Source of the DNA: an uncultured delta proteobacterium
GTDB lineage: Bacteria; Desulfobacterota; Binatia; UBA9968
DNA: 64,000 nucleotides
Reading direction: 5' to 3'
NCBI GenBank assembly: GCA_963755715.1
Contig: CAVWLW010000021.1
Span: 1 to 64,000, forward strand
The position numbers and the translations under genes were made by a program. Position 1 is the first letter of the stretch. Each line of letters begins with the position of its first letter. A model generated the notes under the pieces. It saw nothing but the letters and a program-made list of their open reading frames with translations. It did no database searches and had not been told where the DNA came from. Positions 1-9,452 of this stretch are shown piece after piece.

Positions 1-355
1 ATTTATCAATAATTGATTTGATTACGGCCGACTGAATTGGTTTTTGCAGATATTCGGCCATTCCCACGCGCAATGCTTCTTCGCGCCATTCCCATCCACT
101 CAAGGCGCTGCAAGCAACGATAGGGATATTGGCAGTCGTTGGATTTTTCTTAATCACTCTGGCGGCATCGATACCGGTTATATCAGGGAGATCAAGGTCC
201 AACAGAATAAGATTGGGTTTGGCCGAAACGGCTTTTTCTATCGCCTGAGTTCCGGTTCCCGCCTCGAGGATTTCGTAGCCGGAAAATCTTAGGATCGACG
301 CGAGAATGTGCCGCAAGTGTTCATGGTCGTCAACTATGAGGACAGTCTTTGCCAT
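1..355 (-). CDS. CheY-like response regulator receiver domain protein (runs off window start; absent from ORF track)
   Basis: Manual translation of minus strand from ATG at 355: MAKTVLIVDDHEHLRHILASILRFSGYEILEAGTGTQAIEKAVSAKPNLILLDLDLPDITG...IPIVACSA...YLQKP; acidic pocket DD, phosphoacceptor D (LLDLDLP), conserved S and KP. Confidence 0.85.
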   Translation of the reverse strand, partial: MAKTVLIVDDHEHLRHILASILRFSGYEILEAGTGTQAIEKAVSAKPNLILLDLDLPDITGIDAARVIKKNPTTANIPIVACSALSGWEWREEALRVGMAEYLQKPIQSAVIKSIIDK

Positions 356-538
356 GTCGCCCAGCTTGCCCACCAAGACGCGCTACTGAGTTACCCGATT
401 CATTGAAGCATGCCAAAATGGCAAAGGAAATGGGTGAGCTTAGTAACAATTGGTGCGGCCCGAAACGGAAGCTTTTAGAGGAGATGATTAAAACGGATCG
501 AGCAAAACGGCAGCAAACGAGAAGAGGACTGTTTTAAA

Positions 539-615
539 TGGTCGGGGCGAGTGGATTTGAACCACCGACTTCACGGTCCCGAACCGTGCGCTCTACCAAG
601 CTGAGCCACGCCCCG
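539..615 (-). tRNA. tRNA-Pro (anticodon CGG)
   Basis: Reverse complement CGGGGCGTGGCTCAGCTTGGTAGAGCGCACGGTTCGGGACCGTGAAGTCGGTGGTTCAAATCCACTCGCCCCGACCA: 77 nt, D-loop, anticodon stem CACGG/CCGTG with TT-CGG-GA loop, GTTCAAATC T-loop, encoded CCA. Confidence 0.97.
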
Positions 616-713
616 ACCCGCACAACGTAGCACACCGAAACGATAAAACAACAGTTCGGCGACGCTTCGGGCCACGTCGAAGCGCCAATCTCAGGACCAA
701 AGGTTGGCGCGCC

Positions 714-1382
714 TCAGCTACAGTCGGCCGTGGCTTCACGCATTCGCCGGATCGTGTCGGTGTAGTTGGGTGTCTTGAAAATGCCGGAACCCGAAACGAT
801 GACTTCGCCGCCAGCGCGGCAGACACGATCAATGTTGTCGGTTTTGATCCCACCGTCGACTTCTACCAAGATCGCTAATCGACTTTGATCAATCCGTTTT
901 CTGACCTCCTCGATCTTGGGCAGCACGTCGGGAATAAAAGCCTGGCCGCCGAAGCCGGGAAACACGGTCATCATCAGCACCATGTCGATGTCCGAAAAGC
1001 AGCCTTCGACTTTTTTCAAAGGAACGTCAGGATTCACGGCAATAGAAGACTTGGCGCCGAGATCGCGTATTTTGTTGAGCGTTGCATTCGGATTGGGACA
1101 GGTGTCGGGATGAACGGAGATCCAATCGGCGCCGGCTTTGATGAATTCCGGCGCATACTTATCAGGGTCGGTGATCATTAAATGAACGTCGATGGGAATT
1201 TTAGTTACCTTGCGCACCCATTCCACGACGACCGGACCGATGGTGATGTTGGGCACGAAATGACCGTCCATTACGTCGACGTGTAACCAATCGGCGCCGG
1301 CCGCTTCGACGGCCTGAATTTCGTCTTTCAGCCGGCTAAAGTCCGCGGAGAGAATCGACGGGGCGATTTTGAGCGATTTCAT
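714..1382 (-). CDS. rpe: Ribulose-phosphate 3-epimerase
   Basis: IAPSILSADF, LHVDVMDGHFVPN, DVHLMI, VFPGFGGQ, EVDGGI motifs. Confidence 0.97.
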   Translation of the reverse strand: MKSLKIAPSILSADFSRLKDEIQAVEAAGADWLHVDVMDGHFVPNITIGPVVVEWVRKVTKIPIDVHLMITDPDKYAPEFIKAGADWISVHPDTCPNPNATLNKIRDLGAKSSIAVNPDVPLKKVEGCFSDIDMVLMMTVFPGFGGQAFIPDVLPKIEEVRKRIDQSRLAILVEVDGGIKTDNIDRVCRAGGEVIVSGSGIFKTPNYTDTIRRMREATADCS

Positions 1383-2753
1383 TCAGGAGCCCTTTCTCAT
1401 ACGCGCGGCGAAAAAACCATCGGTGTGGTCGCGCTGCGGCAGCGCTTGGTAAAACTTGTCCCGCACCATCCGGCTTGCCTGTATCGGAAGATAGCGCGCG
1501 GCCTCCTGCAACTCAAACTCTGGGTGCTCAGCCAAAAAGAATTCGATGTTTTGTTCATTCTCGGCGCGGCTGAGAGTACAGGTCGCATAAACCAAGACCC
1601 CGCCAGGCTTCAAGTAAGCGACGACTCGACGGAGAATTTTTGCTTGCAAGCGACTCAGCCTTTGAATGTCGCTTTCGTTTCGCTGCCATTTGATTTCGGG
1701 ATGGGAGCGAAGCGTGCCGAGACCGCTGCAAGGCGCGTCGACAAGAACACGGTCGAAGTATCCCGCGGTGAGGGTCGGCAGTTTTTCACCGATGTCGGCG
1801 CACACGAGATGCAGCGATTTAAGGCCGAGCCGGTTGACGTTTTGGCGAATCCTTTCGATCCCCGGCGCCGACTTGTCGATCGCCACCAGTTCGCCTTGAT
1901 CCTTCATCAGCTCGGCGACATGCGTGCTTTTCCCGCCCGGCGCGGCGCAGGCGTCGAGGATCCGTTCGCCCGGTAAAGGCGATAAAAGAAAAGCGACGAG
2001 CTGCGAGGCCTCGCCTTGCACTTGAAAAAGCCCGGCGGAAAAACCCGGCAGATTTTCCACTGCGCCCGCTGACTGCACTGAAATTGCTTGAGGCGAGCAG
2101 TTGCCGGCAGTTGCGTCGACGCCGGCTGTGGCGAAGCGTTGCAATAGTTCTTCTCTGGCGCACTGGAGCGAATTCACGCGCAGCACCAGCGGCGATCTTT
2201 CGTTATTCGCCCGCATGAGTTCTCGCGCCGATTCGACACCGAATTCTTCGCTCCAGCATTGAACGAGCCACGGCGGATGAGAATACTCGATGGCGAGCGC
2301 TTCAAGGGATAAATCTTCCGAGTTTGGCGCAATATTGCGGTGCGCTTGTCTAAGAAAACTGCGCAGAACGCCGTTGACAAAGCCTGCAGCCTTGGCGCCG
2401 CCGCGCGTCTTGGCCAACGCCACCGCTTCATTCACCGCGGCGTAATCGGGAATTCTGTCGAGGAAAACCAGTTGATAGCAAGTGAGGCGTAGTAAATTTC
2501 TGAGCCCGCCGTCGGTTTGCTCCAACGGGCGGCGTAAGTGATGACTTAACTGCGCGTCAATTTTTCCGCGCCAACGAAGCGTGCCGTAGACCAGTTCCGT
2601 GAGGAGCGATCGATCGCGCTCGGTCAAGGACTCGGTTTTTAGCGCCTGATTGAGCAGAATGTCGGCATAGGATTTTTTGGTATCGACTTTGAGCAGGATC
2701 TCACAGGCGAGGCGACGAACGCTCGCTTTTGCTATTTCAGCCGAGGCGGTCAC
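1383..2753 (-). CDS. rsmB: 16S rRNA m5C967 methyltransferase RsmB/Sun
   Basis: N-terminal NusB-like domain (AAVNEAV, FVNGVLR), DACAAPGGKS, LVDAPCSG, YATCT, DGFF; downstream of fmt. Confidence 0.95.
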   Translation of the reverse strand: MTASAEIAKASVRRLACEILLKVDTKKSYADILLNQALKTESLTERDRSLLTELVYGTLRWRGKIDAQLSHHLRRPLEQTDGGLRNLLRLTCYQLVFLDRIPDYAAVNEAVALAKTRGGAKAAGFVNGVLRSFLRQAHRNIAPNSEDLSLEALAIEYSHPPWLVQCWSEEFGVESARELMRANNERSPLVLRVNSLQCAREELLQRFATAGVDATAGNCSPQAISVQSAGAVENLPGFSAGLFQVQGEASQLVAFLLSPLPGERILDACAAPGGKSTHVAELMKDQGELVAIDKSAPGIERIRQNVNRLGLKSLHLVCADIGEKLPTLTAGYFDRVLVDAPCSGLGTLRSHPEIKWQRNESDIQRLSRLQAKILRRVVAYLKPGGVLVYATCTLSRAENEQNIEFFLAEHPEFELQEAARYLPIQASRMVRDKFYQALPQRDHTDGFFAARMRKGS

Positions 2754-3678
2754 CGGCTTTGATCCTCGCGCCTTTGATGAATTCAGCGGCGGGAAGTCGC
2801 TTTTTGTTTTCTAGCTGTACTTCTTCCAAGGCGATGACTCCCGAAGAGGTCCTCACCCAGAAAGCATCGGCGTGCGCGCGCACGATTTCGCCTGGACTTC
2901 CTGCGAATTCACTAGATATGAGCGTGGCGCGGTGTACTTTAAGCAATTTGCCGGCTAGGTAAGTGTAACTGCCGGGCCAAGGATCGAAACCGCGCACACG
3001 CCTTTCGATCTCGACCGCGGACCGGCGCCAATCCATCAACCCATCTTCTTTTTTTAAGATCGGCGCCAAAGTCGCCTGCGCTTCGTCCTGTTCCTGGGGC
3101 CTTAGCGTTCCTTGCTTGAGTCTGCGAATGGTTTCCAAGAGCAAACTAGCGCCGATAGGTGTGAGTTTTTTTTGCAGCGAGCCGGTGGTTTCGTCAGAAG
3201 CCAGAGGAAGCGCGTCTTGCAAATAGATGGCGCCAGCGTCCATTTTTTCCACCAAGCGCATCGTCGTCACGCCGCCCTGGAGTTCACCGTTGATGATTGT
3301 CCAGGCCGCGGGCGCGGCGCCGCGATATTTGGGTAAAAGCGAATAATGCACGTTGAGACATCCGTGCGGCGCCAATTCAAGAATTGCCTTGGGTAAGATT
3401 CTGCCATAAGCGACGACGACGATGATCATTGGCTGCCAAGCACGCAGCACGTCGAGAAACTCCGGTGTTCTGATTTTTTCCGGCGCGACGACGGGGATGC
3501 CGCGTGCTTCAGCAATCCTGTGCACAGGTGGTGGTGCCGTCTTTTGACCACGACCGGACGGACGATCGGGCTGTGTAACCACGCCGACGACGGAATCAGA
3601 TCCATCGCAAAGCCGCTCCAGCGTATCGGCGGCGATCTGGGGCGTTCCCATGAATACGATCGGCCAATTCGTGGACAT
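2737..3678 (-). CDS. fmt: Methionyl-tRNA formyltransferase
   Basis: IVFMGTP, VVTQPDRP, LNVHYSLLPKYRGAAP, MDAG; start set to ATG 3678. Confidence 0.96.
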   Translation of the reverse strand: MSTNWPIVFMGTPQIAADTLERLCDGSDSVVGVVTQPDRPSGRGQKTAPPPVHRIAEARGIPVVAPEKIRTPEFLDVLRAWQPMIIVVVAYGRILPKAILELAPHGCLNVHYSLLPKYRGAAPAAWTIINGELQGGVTTMRLVEKMDAGAIYLQDALPLASDETTGSLQKKLTPIGASLLLETIRRLKQGTLRPQEQDEAQATLAPILKKEDGLMDWRRSAVEIERRVRGFDPWPGSYTYLAGKLLKVHRATLISSEFAGSPGEIVRAHADAFWVRTSSGVIALEEVQLENKKRLPAAEFIKGARIKAGDRLG

Positions 3679-3737
3679 TGGAAATTCGTTGTGATTACAC
3701 GATTCGGAAATGCTGTGTTGGGAGCGTGGGCGCACGC

Positions 3738-4280
3738 TTAAATCATTACGCGAGCACCTTCTTTGGGTGGTTCAATGCCGGTCTTCAGCATTTTCTTGCG
3801 CCTACGACTGTAGAGATCGCGTTTCAGCCGACTGATTCGATCGATGAAAAGTTTCCCGTCCAGATGATCGATTTCATGTTGCAAGGCGACAGCGAGCAGC
3901 CCTTCGGCCTCAATCTTGAACTCCTTTTCGTTTTCATCGAGAGCAACCACTTCGACTTGCGCCGCGCGTTTAACTTCGGCGGTGAAATCGACGACGCTCA
4001 AACAGCCTTCTTCCCAGATGATTTCCCCTTCCGCCCGAGTGACCACCGGGTTGATCAGCTTATAGATCTGTTTATGCGGATTTTCGTGATCGACATCCAT
4101 GACGATGATTCGTTCCAACGCGCCGACCTGCGGCGCAGCGAGCCCAACCCCAGGCGCCGCGTACATGGTATCGAGCATGTCATCAATCAGTTGCACCGTT
4201 TGGGCGGTGATGTTTTTCACCGGCGCCGAGGTTTTTTGCAGCGTCGGCTCAGGATATTTTAGGATTTCCAAAATCGCCAT
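3738..4280 (-). CDS. def: Peptide deformylase
   Basis: GVGLAAPQVG, EGCLS, QHEIDHLDG; start set to ATG 4280 (MAILEILKYP). Confidence 0.97.
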   Translation of the reverse strand: MAILEILKYPEPTLQKTSAPVKNITAQTVQLIDDMLDTMYAAPGVGLAAPQVGALERIIVMDVDHENPHKQIYKLINPVVTRAEGEIIWEEGCLSVVDFTAEVKRAAQVEVVALDENEKEFKIEAEGLLAVALQHEIDHLDGKLFIDRISRLKRDLYSRRRKKMLKTGIEPPKEGARVMI

Positions 4281-4293
4281 ACTTAGAAAAAAT

Positions 4294-6579
4294 TCATAAC
4301 ATACTGTAGGGATCGACATCAATGTGGAGGCGCACGGCGCGCCCAGGCGGCAAGAGTTGTCTTGCCTGCCTGGCAAATTCCAACAAAGCTGAGCTCTGTT
4401 TGCCTCTGAGAAGAAGCTGCCAACGATAACGATTTCTAAGCTTTTCGATCGGCGCGGCCGCCGGCCCCAGCACTTCGATTTGCGCGAACACCTCGGGCTT
4501 GCGCGTCTTCAATTCCCTTAATTGCAGCGCCAACTCTTGCGATTTTTTCTCGACCTCCGACAGCTTAGGCCCATCGATACGCAAATTCACCAGCCGGCTG
4601 AAGGGCGGATAGTTGAGCGCCTGGCGAAATTCACTCTCGGCGGCGAAAAAATTTTTATAATCGTGACGCACGAGATGTTGAATCGCGTAATGATCGGGCG
4701 CGTAAGTCTGGACGATAACTCGCCCGGGATTATCGCCGCGCCCCGACCTTCCGCCAACTTGGCTTAACAACTGAAAGGTTCGCTCGGCAGCGCGGAAATC
4801 CGGCAAATTGAGCGACAGATCGGCGAGCAAAGCGCCGACCAGCGTCACGCCGGAGACGTCGTGGCCCTTGGTAATCATCTGAGTGCCAACTAAAATATCG
4901 ATCTCGCCTCTTTCCCACCGGCGGATTAACTGTTCATGAGAGCCGCGCTTCGTCGTCGTGTCTCGGTCCATCCGCGCCACGCGCGCTTGCGGCACAAAAC
5001 CCTTGAGCGCCTGTTCGATCCGCTCGGTGCCGCTGCCAATTCCAGTAAGAGTCGGATGATGGCACTGTGGGCAAATGTCGGTCGTCGGCCGGCGATAATC
5101 ACAGTGATGACAGGAAATTCTTTTCAATCTTAAGTGCAAGGTCAACGTCACGCTGCAATACGGACAGCGCCACACGTAGCCGCATGAAGTACACTGAAGA
5201 AAGTTAGCAAAGCCACGGCGATTCAAAAATATCAACGTCTGGTGGCCAGCTTGGAGATTTTCCTTGAGCGCATTGGCGAAGGGCTCGGTGATGAGTTGGC
5301 TGTCCGTGTCATTGACATTAGTTGTCGCCGTCGATTGTTTCGCGTTGGCAGGACGGGCTTGCACGCGAAATTGCCTGCGTAAATCAATCGCCTCGATCGT
5401 CGGTAAAGGACGCTGTTCGACCCTGCGGGTCATCTCAAGAAGTTGATAACGGCCGTGGCGGCAGTTTTCATAGCTCTCGAGGGCTGGCGTGGCAGAGCCC
5501 AAGATGACAGGGCAGTTGAGAAACTTGCCGCGCACCACGGCCACGTCGCGACCGTTATAACGGAGTCCATCTTCTTGCTTGTACGACGAATCATGTTCCT
5601 CATCGACGATGATGAGACCGAGACCGGGAATCGGCGCGAACACCGCCGAGCGAGCGCCGACGACGACATCGACCTTTCCATGACAGATCTCTTGCCACTG
5701 CGCCCAGCGTTCCGCCTCGGTGAGGGCGCTGTGAAGCACGCCGACCTTTTGTGGGAAGCGAGCATGGAGTCGATCCAAAAGTTGCGGTGTCAAGGAGATT
5801 TCGGGAATCAAAATAAGACTTTTCCGGCCAAGCTCTTTGGCTCGCTCCATCGCGCGGATGTAAACTTCGGTTTTGCCGCTGCCAGTGACGCCGTGCAGCA
5901 AAAAAGTTTCGAAGCCGCTCATTTTGATTCGACTTTCGATTGCGCGCAGCGCGTTGTCTTGCTCGGTGGTCAAGTCAAATCTCACTGGAATGTTGATTGT
6001 CAGTAGGTCGGTCGCGGCAAGAAGCTGGCTTTTTTTACGTCGTTGTCCGGCCAAATGCTCGTCAACTCGGATCGCTCCGAGCGCTTCGAGGCGAGTGAGA
6101 ATGCGATCGAGACTGCGGCCGGGAAATCTCGCCGCGAGTGTCTTCACGGTCATTTTCCCTTTTTGGCGCTGTAACTCGTCGAGCACTTTTCGTCCGAATC
6201 CCTCCGTGTTCAACATCTCGGTTTTCTCTAGGGTGATCGTTTTTTGGCTTTGGCGCCGCGATTTCGCTGGCAGCATCGTGGCGATAACTTCGCCCAGAGA
6301 GGCCAAGTAGTACTGCGCAATCCAGCGGGCCAGCTTGAGCAGATGATGATCGAAAATTGGCTCTTCATCCAACGGTGCGACGATCGACTTGGTCTTGGCC
6401 ACCGGGCTGGCTCCAACAACTTCGATCACAATTCCTGTAACCGTTCGCTTTTGCAGCGGAATCAAGACTCTGGTGCCTGGCTTAAGATGGCCTTCTAGGG
6501 CTTTGGGAATGCTGTAAACGAGCGGCTCTTTTAGCGGCGCCGGCACGACAACGAGAGCAAATTTTTCTCCCTCGGTCAT
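4294..6579 (-). CDS. priA: Primosomal protein N' (replication restart helicase)
   Basis: GVTGSGKTEVY, DEEHD, SATP, CxxC zinc-finger pairs, GTQMITKGHD, QVGGRSGR, DVDP C-terminus; start set to ATG 6579. Confidence 0.96.
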   Translation of the reverse strand: MTEGEKFALVVVPAPLKEPLVYSIPKALEGHLKPGTRVLIPLQKRTVTGIVIEVVGASPVAKTKSIVAPLDEEPIFDHHLLKLARWIAQYYLASLGEVIATMLPAKSRRQSQKTITLEKTEMLNTEGFGRKVLDELQRQKGKMTVKTLAARFPGRSLDRILTRLEALGAIRVDEHLAGQRRKKSQLLAATDLLTINIPVRFDLTTEQDNALRAIESRIKMSGFETFLLHGVTGSGKTEVYIRAMERAKELGRKSLILIPEISLTPQLLDRLHARFPQKVGVLHSALTEAERWAQWQEICHGKVDVVVGARSAVFAPIPGLGLIIVDEEHDSSYKQEDGLRYNGRDVAVVRGKFLNCPVILGSATPALESYENCRHGRYQLLEMTRRVEQRPLPTIEAIDLRRQFRVQARPANAKQSTATTNVNDTDSQLITEPFANALKENLQAGHQTLIFLNRRGFANFLQCTSCGYVWRCPYCSVTLTLHLRLKRISCHHCDYRRPTTDICPQCHHPTLTGIGSGTERIEQALKGFVPQARVARMDRDTTTKRGSHEQLIRRWERGEIDILVGTQMITKGHDVSGVTLVGALLADLSLNLPDFRAAERTFQLLSQVGGRSGRGDNPGRVIVQTYAPDHYAIQHLVRHDYKNFFAAESEFRQALNYPPFSRLVNLRIDGPKLSEVEKKSQELALQLRELKTRKPEVFAQIEVLGPAAAPIEKLRNRYRWQLLLRGKQSSALLEFARQARQLLPPGRAVRLHIDVDPYSML

Positions 6580-6723
6580 CGCTCGATTTGTATCCAGCGA
6601 CCTGGATAAAAGCAATCTGAGACAAACTCCCCGTCGGCGAACTATTTTGTCCAATTCTGTTGCCGAAGAGTGCCGATTTAGCGGATCAGGTTTTCAAAAA
6701 ATTCCCGATATAGCGAATAATAG

Positions 6724-6739
6724 TGACAAATTCATGTCA
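6724..6739. promoter_or_regulatory. Inverted repeat TGACA-N6-TGTCA, candidate transcription-factor site in the priA / HTH-pilM divergent region
   Basis: tgacaaattcatgtca in an AT-rich intergenic region, about 20 bp upstream of a sigma54-like element. Confidence 0.4.
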
Positions 6740-6757
6740 GCAAGGAATTACACCGTT

Positions 6758-6773
6758 TGGCAACTACTTTGCT
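6758..6773 (+). promoter_or_regulatory. Putative sigma54 (-24/-12) promoter for HTH-pilMNOPQ
   Basis: TGGCAA-CTACT-TTGCT: GG (6759-60) and GC (6771-72) at the spacing of consensus TGGCAC-N5-TTGCW. Confidence 0.55.
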
Positions 6774-6907
6774 TTAATAGCGCCACCAAATGTCATAATT
6801 AGGTATAATTGCGCACAATTTTATTTTGACGCTTGGAATCCTTAATTGATTAAAAAAATCAAACCCTTACGCACTCCTAGGTCCTTCCATAGGAGGGACT
6901 AGCGGCG

Positions 6908-7108
6908 ATGGATCAGGAAAACAACGTCAAGAAGCTGCGCGAAGCGAAAATGTTGAGCAAGACCGAGCTCGCGCGCTTGGCCGGCATATCTCCTTTGACC
7001 CTCGATCGCATTGAGAAAGGCAAAGCTTGCCGCATGGCGACCAAACGGAAAATCCTTTTCGCTCTCGGTTTAACCATCGAACAAAAGCAGACGCTTTTTG
7101 AGCAATGA
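6908..7108 (+). CDS. XRE/Cro-family helix-turn-helix protein
   Basis: LREAKMLSKTELARLAGISPLTLDRIEKG; RBS AGGAGG; first gene of the pil operon. Confidence 0.88.
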   Translation: MDQENNVKKLREAKMLSKTELARLAGISPLTLDRIEKGKACRMATKRKILFALGLTIEQKQTLFEQ

Positions 7109-7112
7109 ATTC

Positions 7113-8213
7113 ATGTTTTCATTTTTGAAAAACGTTAACTTGGGATTTTTGAATCCTTTAGGCGCAGGCGACGATTACGTCGCTCTCGATATCGGCTCCA
7201 GTTCCATCAAGCTGGTGGAAACGGTCGTCGATAAGAACGGCTATCGCGTTCTGAGTCTCGGCATCTTGCCGCTGCCGGAGTACGCTATCCAAAACAACAT
7301 GGTTGTGGACTCGAAACCGGTGGTGGAAATTATTCGCAAGTTGATTCACGAAAACGGGGTCAAATCCAAACAGGTCATCTCCGCAGTTCCCGGCCGGGCG
7401 GTGATTATGAAGAAAGTGCAAATGCCCAAACAGGAGCCGGCGGAACTCGAAGCGAATATCGAGTTTGAGGCGCAGAACGTTATTCCCGAGAATTTAGAAA
7501 ACGTCAATCTCGATCATCAGGTTTTGCAAGAGGCGGAAGACGGCAACAAGATGGACGTGCTTTTGGTCGCCGTCAAGAAGGAAATCGTCAACAGCTATGC
7601 CGACGCGATCCAAGAAGCGGGGCTAATGCCGACCGTGATGGACGTCGACTACTTCGCATTGGAAAATATGTACGAAGCCAATTACGCCGGTGAAAGCGAG
7701 AACGGCGTGGTCGGAATCATTCATATCGGCGCGCAATACACCAGCATTACGCTATTGCAAAACGGTATTTCCACGTTCACCGGCGATCTTTCACTCGGTG
7801 GAGCTTATTTCACCGACAGCCTTGCCAAGCAACTGGGCGTGTCCGTTGAAGCCGCCGAGACATTCAAAGCAACCGGGATGCTCGACGGCAAGAAAGGCTT
7901 GGACCTCGATGCGACCCTGCGTTCGACAACTGAAGAATTGGCCGAGGAGATCAGGAGAACCGTGAGTCTCTACGGGGCGGTCCCATCCGAGGACGGCGAC
8001 GGGCTCAAAATGATTTTTCTCAGCGGTGGCGGCGCGAAACTCGCCGGTCTGCGAATCCTACTCGAAGAGCGCATGGGCGTGCCGGTGCGGCTAAGCGAGC
8101 CGTTTCGTGGTTTTAACGTCAGTAAGAACATCGATCGCGATTACCTCCTCGACGCGGCGCCATATTTTGCGGTGGGAGCGGGATTATCGATCCGTCGGCC
8201 GGGGGATAAATGA
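7113..8213 (+). CDS. pilM: Type IV pilus assembly protein PilM
   Basis: Actin-like LDIGSSSIK, VLLVAVKK, LSGGGAKL, AVGAGL; start set to ATG 7113. Confidence 0.93.
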   Translation: MFSFLKNVNLGFLNPLGAGDDYVALDIGSSSIKLVETVVDKNGYRVLSLGILPLPEYAIQNNMVVDSKPVVEIIRKLIHENGVKSKQVISAVPGRAVIMKKVQMPKQEPAELEANIEFEAQNVIPENLENVNLDHQVLQEAEDGNKMDVLLVAVKKEIVNSYADAIQEAGLMPTVMDVDYFALENMYEANYAGESENGVVGIIHIGAQYTSITLLQNGISTFTGDLSLGGAYFTDSLAKQLGVSVEAAETFKATGMLDGKKGLDLDATLRSTTEELAEEIRRTVSLYGAVPSEDGDGLKMIFLSGGGAKLAGLRILLEERMGVPVRLSEPFRGFNVSKNIDRDYLLDAAPYFAVGAGLSIRRPGDK

Positions 8214-8824
8214 TCCGCATCAATCTGCTACCGGTCAAAGCGCTCCAGGCGGAGGTTACCCGGCGCCGTGAAATCGTCATCGGCGCAGTGGTGTTCGGCG
8301 CTGTGCTGGCTTTACTGATCGGTACTCATATTTATCAAACTTTAGAGCTGTCGGGCTTGCAGAGCGAACTCGCGTCATTGCGCGCCGACCTTCAAGCGCT
8401 CAACGTAAAAATCAAGGAAGTGGGCGATCTCCAAAATAAGATCAAGGACCTGCGAAGCAAGAACAAGATCATTGAGAATCTGAATAAGAAAAAAAGCGGC
8501 CCGGTGCTGGTCATGGAAAATCTTTCGAGCGCGACACCGAACAGTCTTTGGCTCACCGATCTCAGAGAAAGCGGCGGCAATGTCACGATGAACGGTCTCG
8601 CGGTCGATAATCAGACGATCGCGGATTTTATGAAGGCGATCGCGCTTTCGAAACATTTTAACAACGTCGAGCTCGTCGAAACTACCCAGGGGGCGGGACC
8701 GACGGCGGCGCTAAAGAAATTTTCCATCAGGACCGGGGTCCTGTACAGGTCGCCTGAGGCGGTTCCCGCGGCGACTAAAACTAAAATTGATACACCTACG
8801 AAAAAAGAGGAGAAGAAGGGTTGA
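8210..8824 (+). CDS. pilN: Type IV pilus assembly protein PilN
   Basis: MIRINLLP motif, TM helix, coiled coil. Confidence 0.93.
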   Translation: MIRINLLPVKALQAEVTRRREIVIGAVVFGAVLALLIGTHIYQTLELSGLQSELASLRADLQALNVKIKEVGDLQNKIKDLRSKNKIIENLNKKKSGPVLVMENLSSATPNSLWLTDLRESGGNVTMNGLAVDNQTIADFMKAIALSKHFNNVELVETTQGAGPTAALKKFSIRTGVLYRSPEAVPAATKTKIDTPTKKEEKKG

Positions 8825-9444
8825 ATCAGTTGGTCGACAACATTCTCGAACGATCGACGGCGCAAAAGGTTGCGATCCTCGGCGGGACGATTATCTTGCT
8901 CGCGGCGCTTTACTACAGTTTTTTATATAGCCCGGGCGCCGACGAAACGGCCAAGTTGGCGGACAGCGTCGAAATCGCGCGCAATGAAAAAGCCGTGAAA
9001 ACCCAGAAAGCGGCAAACTTGGTGCGGCTGCGAAAAGACCTGCAGCAACTCGACGCCGAGCTTAAGCTGGCGATCTCCCAACTTCCTGAGAAAAGGGAAA
9101 TCCCCGATCTGCTCAGCAGCATCTCGGCGAAAGCGCAGCAGTCGGGGTTAGACGTTCTTTTGTTTCGTCCGCGTGTGGAAACCTTTCAGGATTTCTACGC
9201 GGAAATCCCGGTCGATATCACGGTCAAGGGCAATTTTCAGAACACCGTCAGCTTCTTTGACGAGGTCGGGCATCTGAGCCGGCTGGTCAACATCGACAAC
9301 ATCGGATTTAAAAATCCCACGGTAAACGGCGACCAGGTCCTGTTGGAAACGACCAGTGTCGCCACCGCCTTTCGCTTTCTTGATGAAGCGGAGCGCAAGA
9401 AAATCGCCGAGGAAAAGGCCAAAGCGGCCAAGACCAAGAAATAA
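8821..9444 (+). CDS. pilO: Type IV pilus assembly protein PilO
   Basis: TM helix, coiled coil, QLPEKREIPDLL, FYAEIPV, LSRLVNI. Confidence 0.92.
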   Translation: MNQLVDNILERSTAQKVAILGGTIILLAALYYSFLYSPGADETAKLADSVEIARNEKAVKTQKAANLVRLRKDLQQLDAELKLAISQLPEKREIPDLLSSISAKAQQSGLDVLLFRPRVETFQDFYAEIPVDITVKGNFQNTVSFFDEVGHLSRLVNIDNIGFKNPTVNGDQVLLETTSVATAFRFLDEAERKKIAEEKAKAAKTKK

Positions 9445-9452
9445 GCGGCACG

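Noticed and set aside
44-292. Plus-strand 82-aa ORF
   Set aside because: Antisense shadow of the minus-strand response regulator
398-416. Possible sigma54 promoter for the response regulator (minus strand TGGCATGCTTCAATGAA)
   Set aside because: No GC at the -12 position; spacing does not fit
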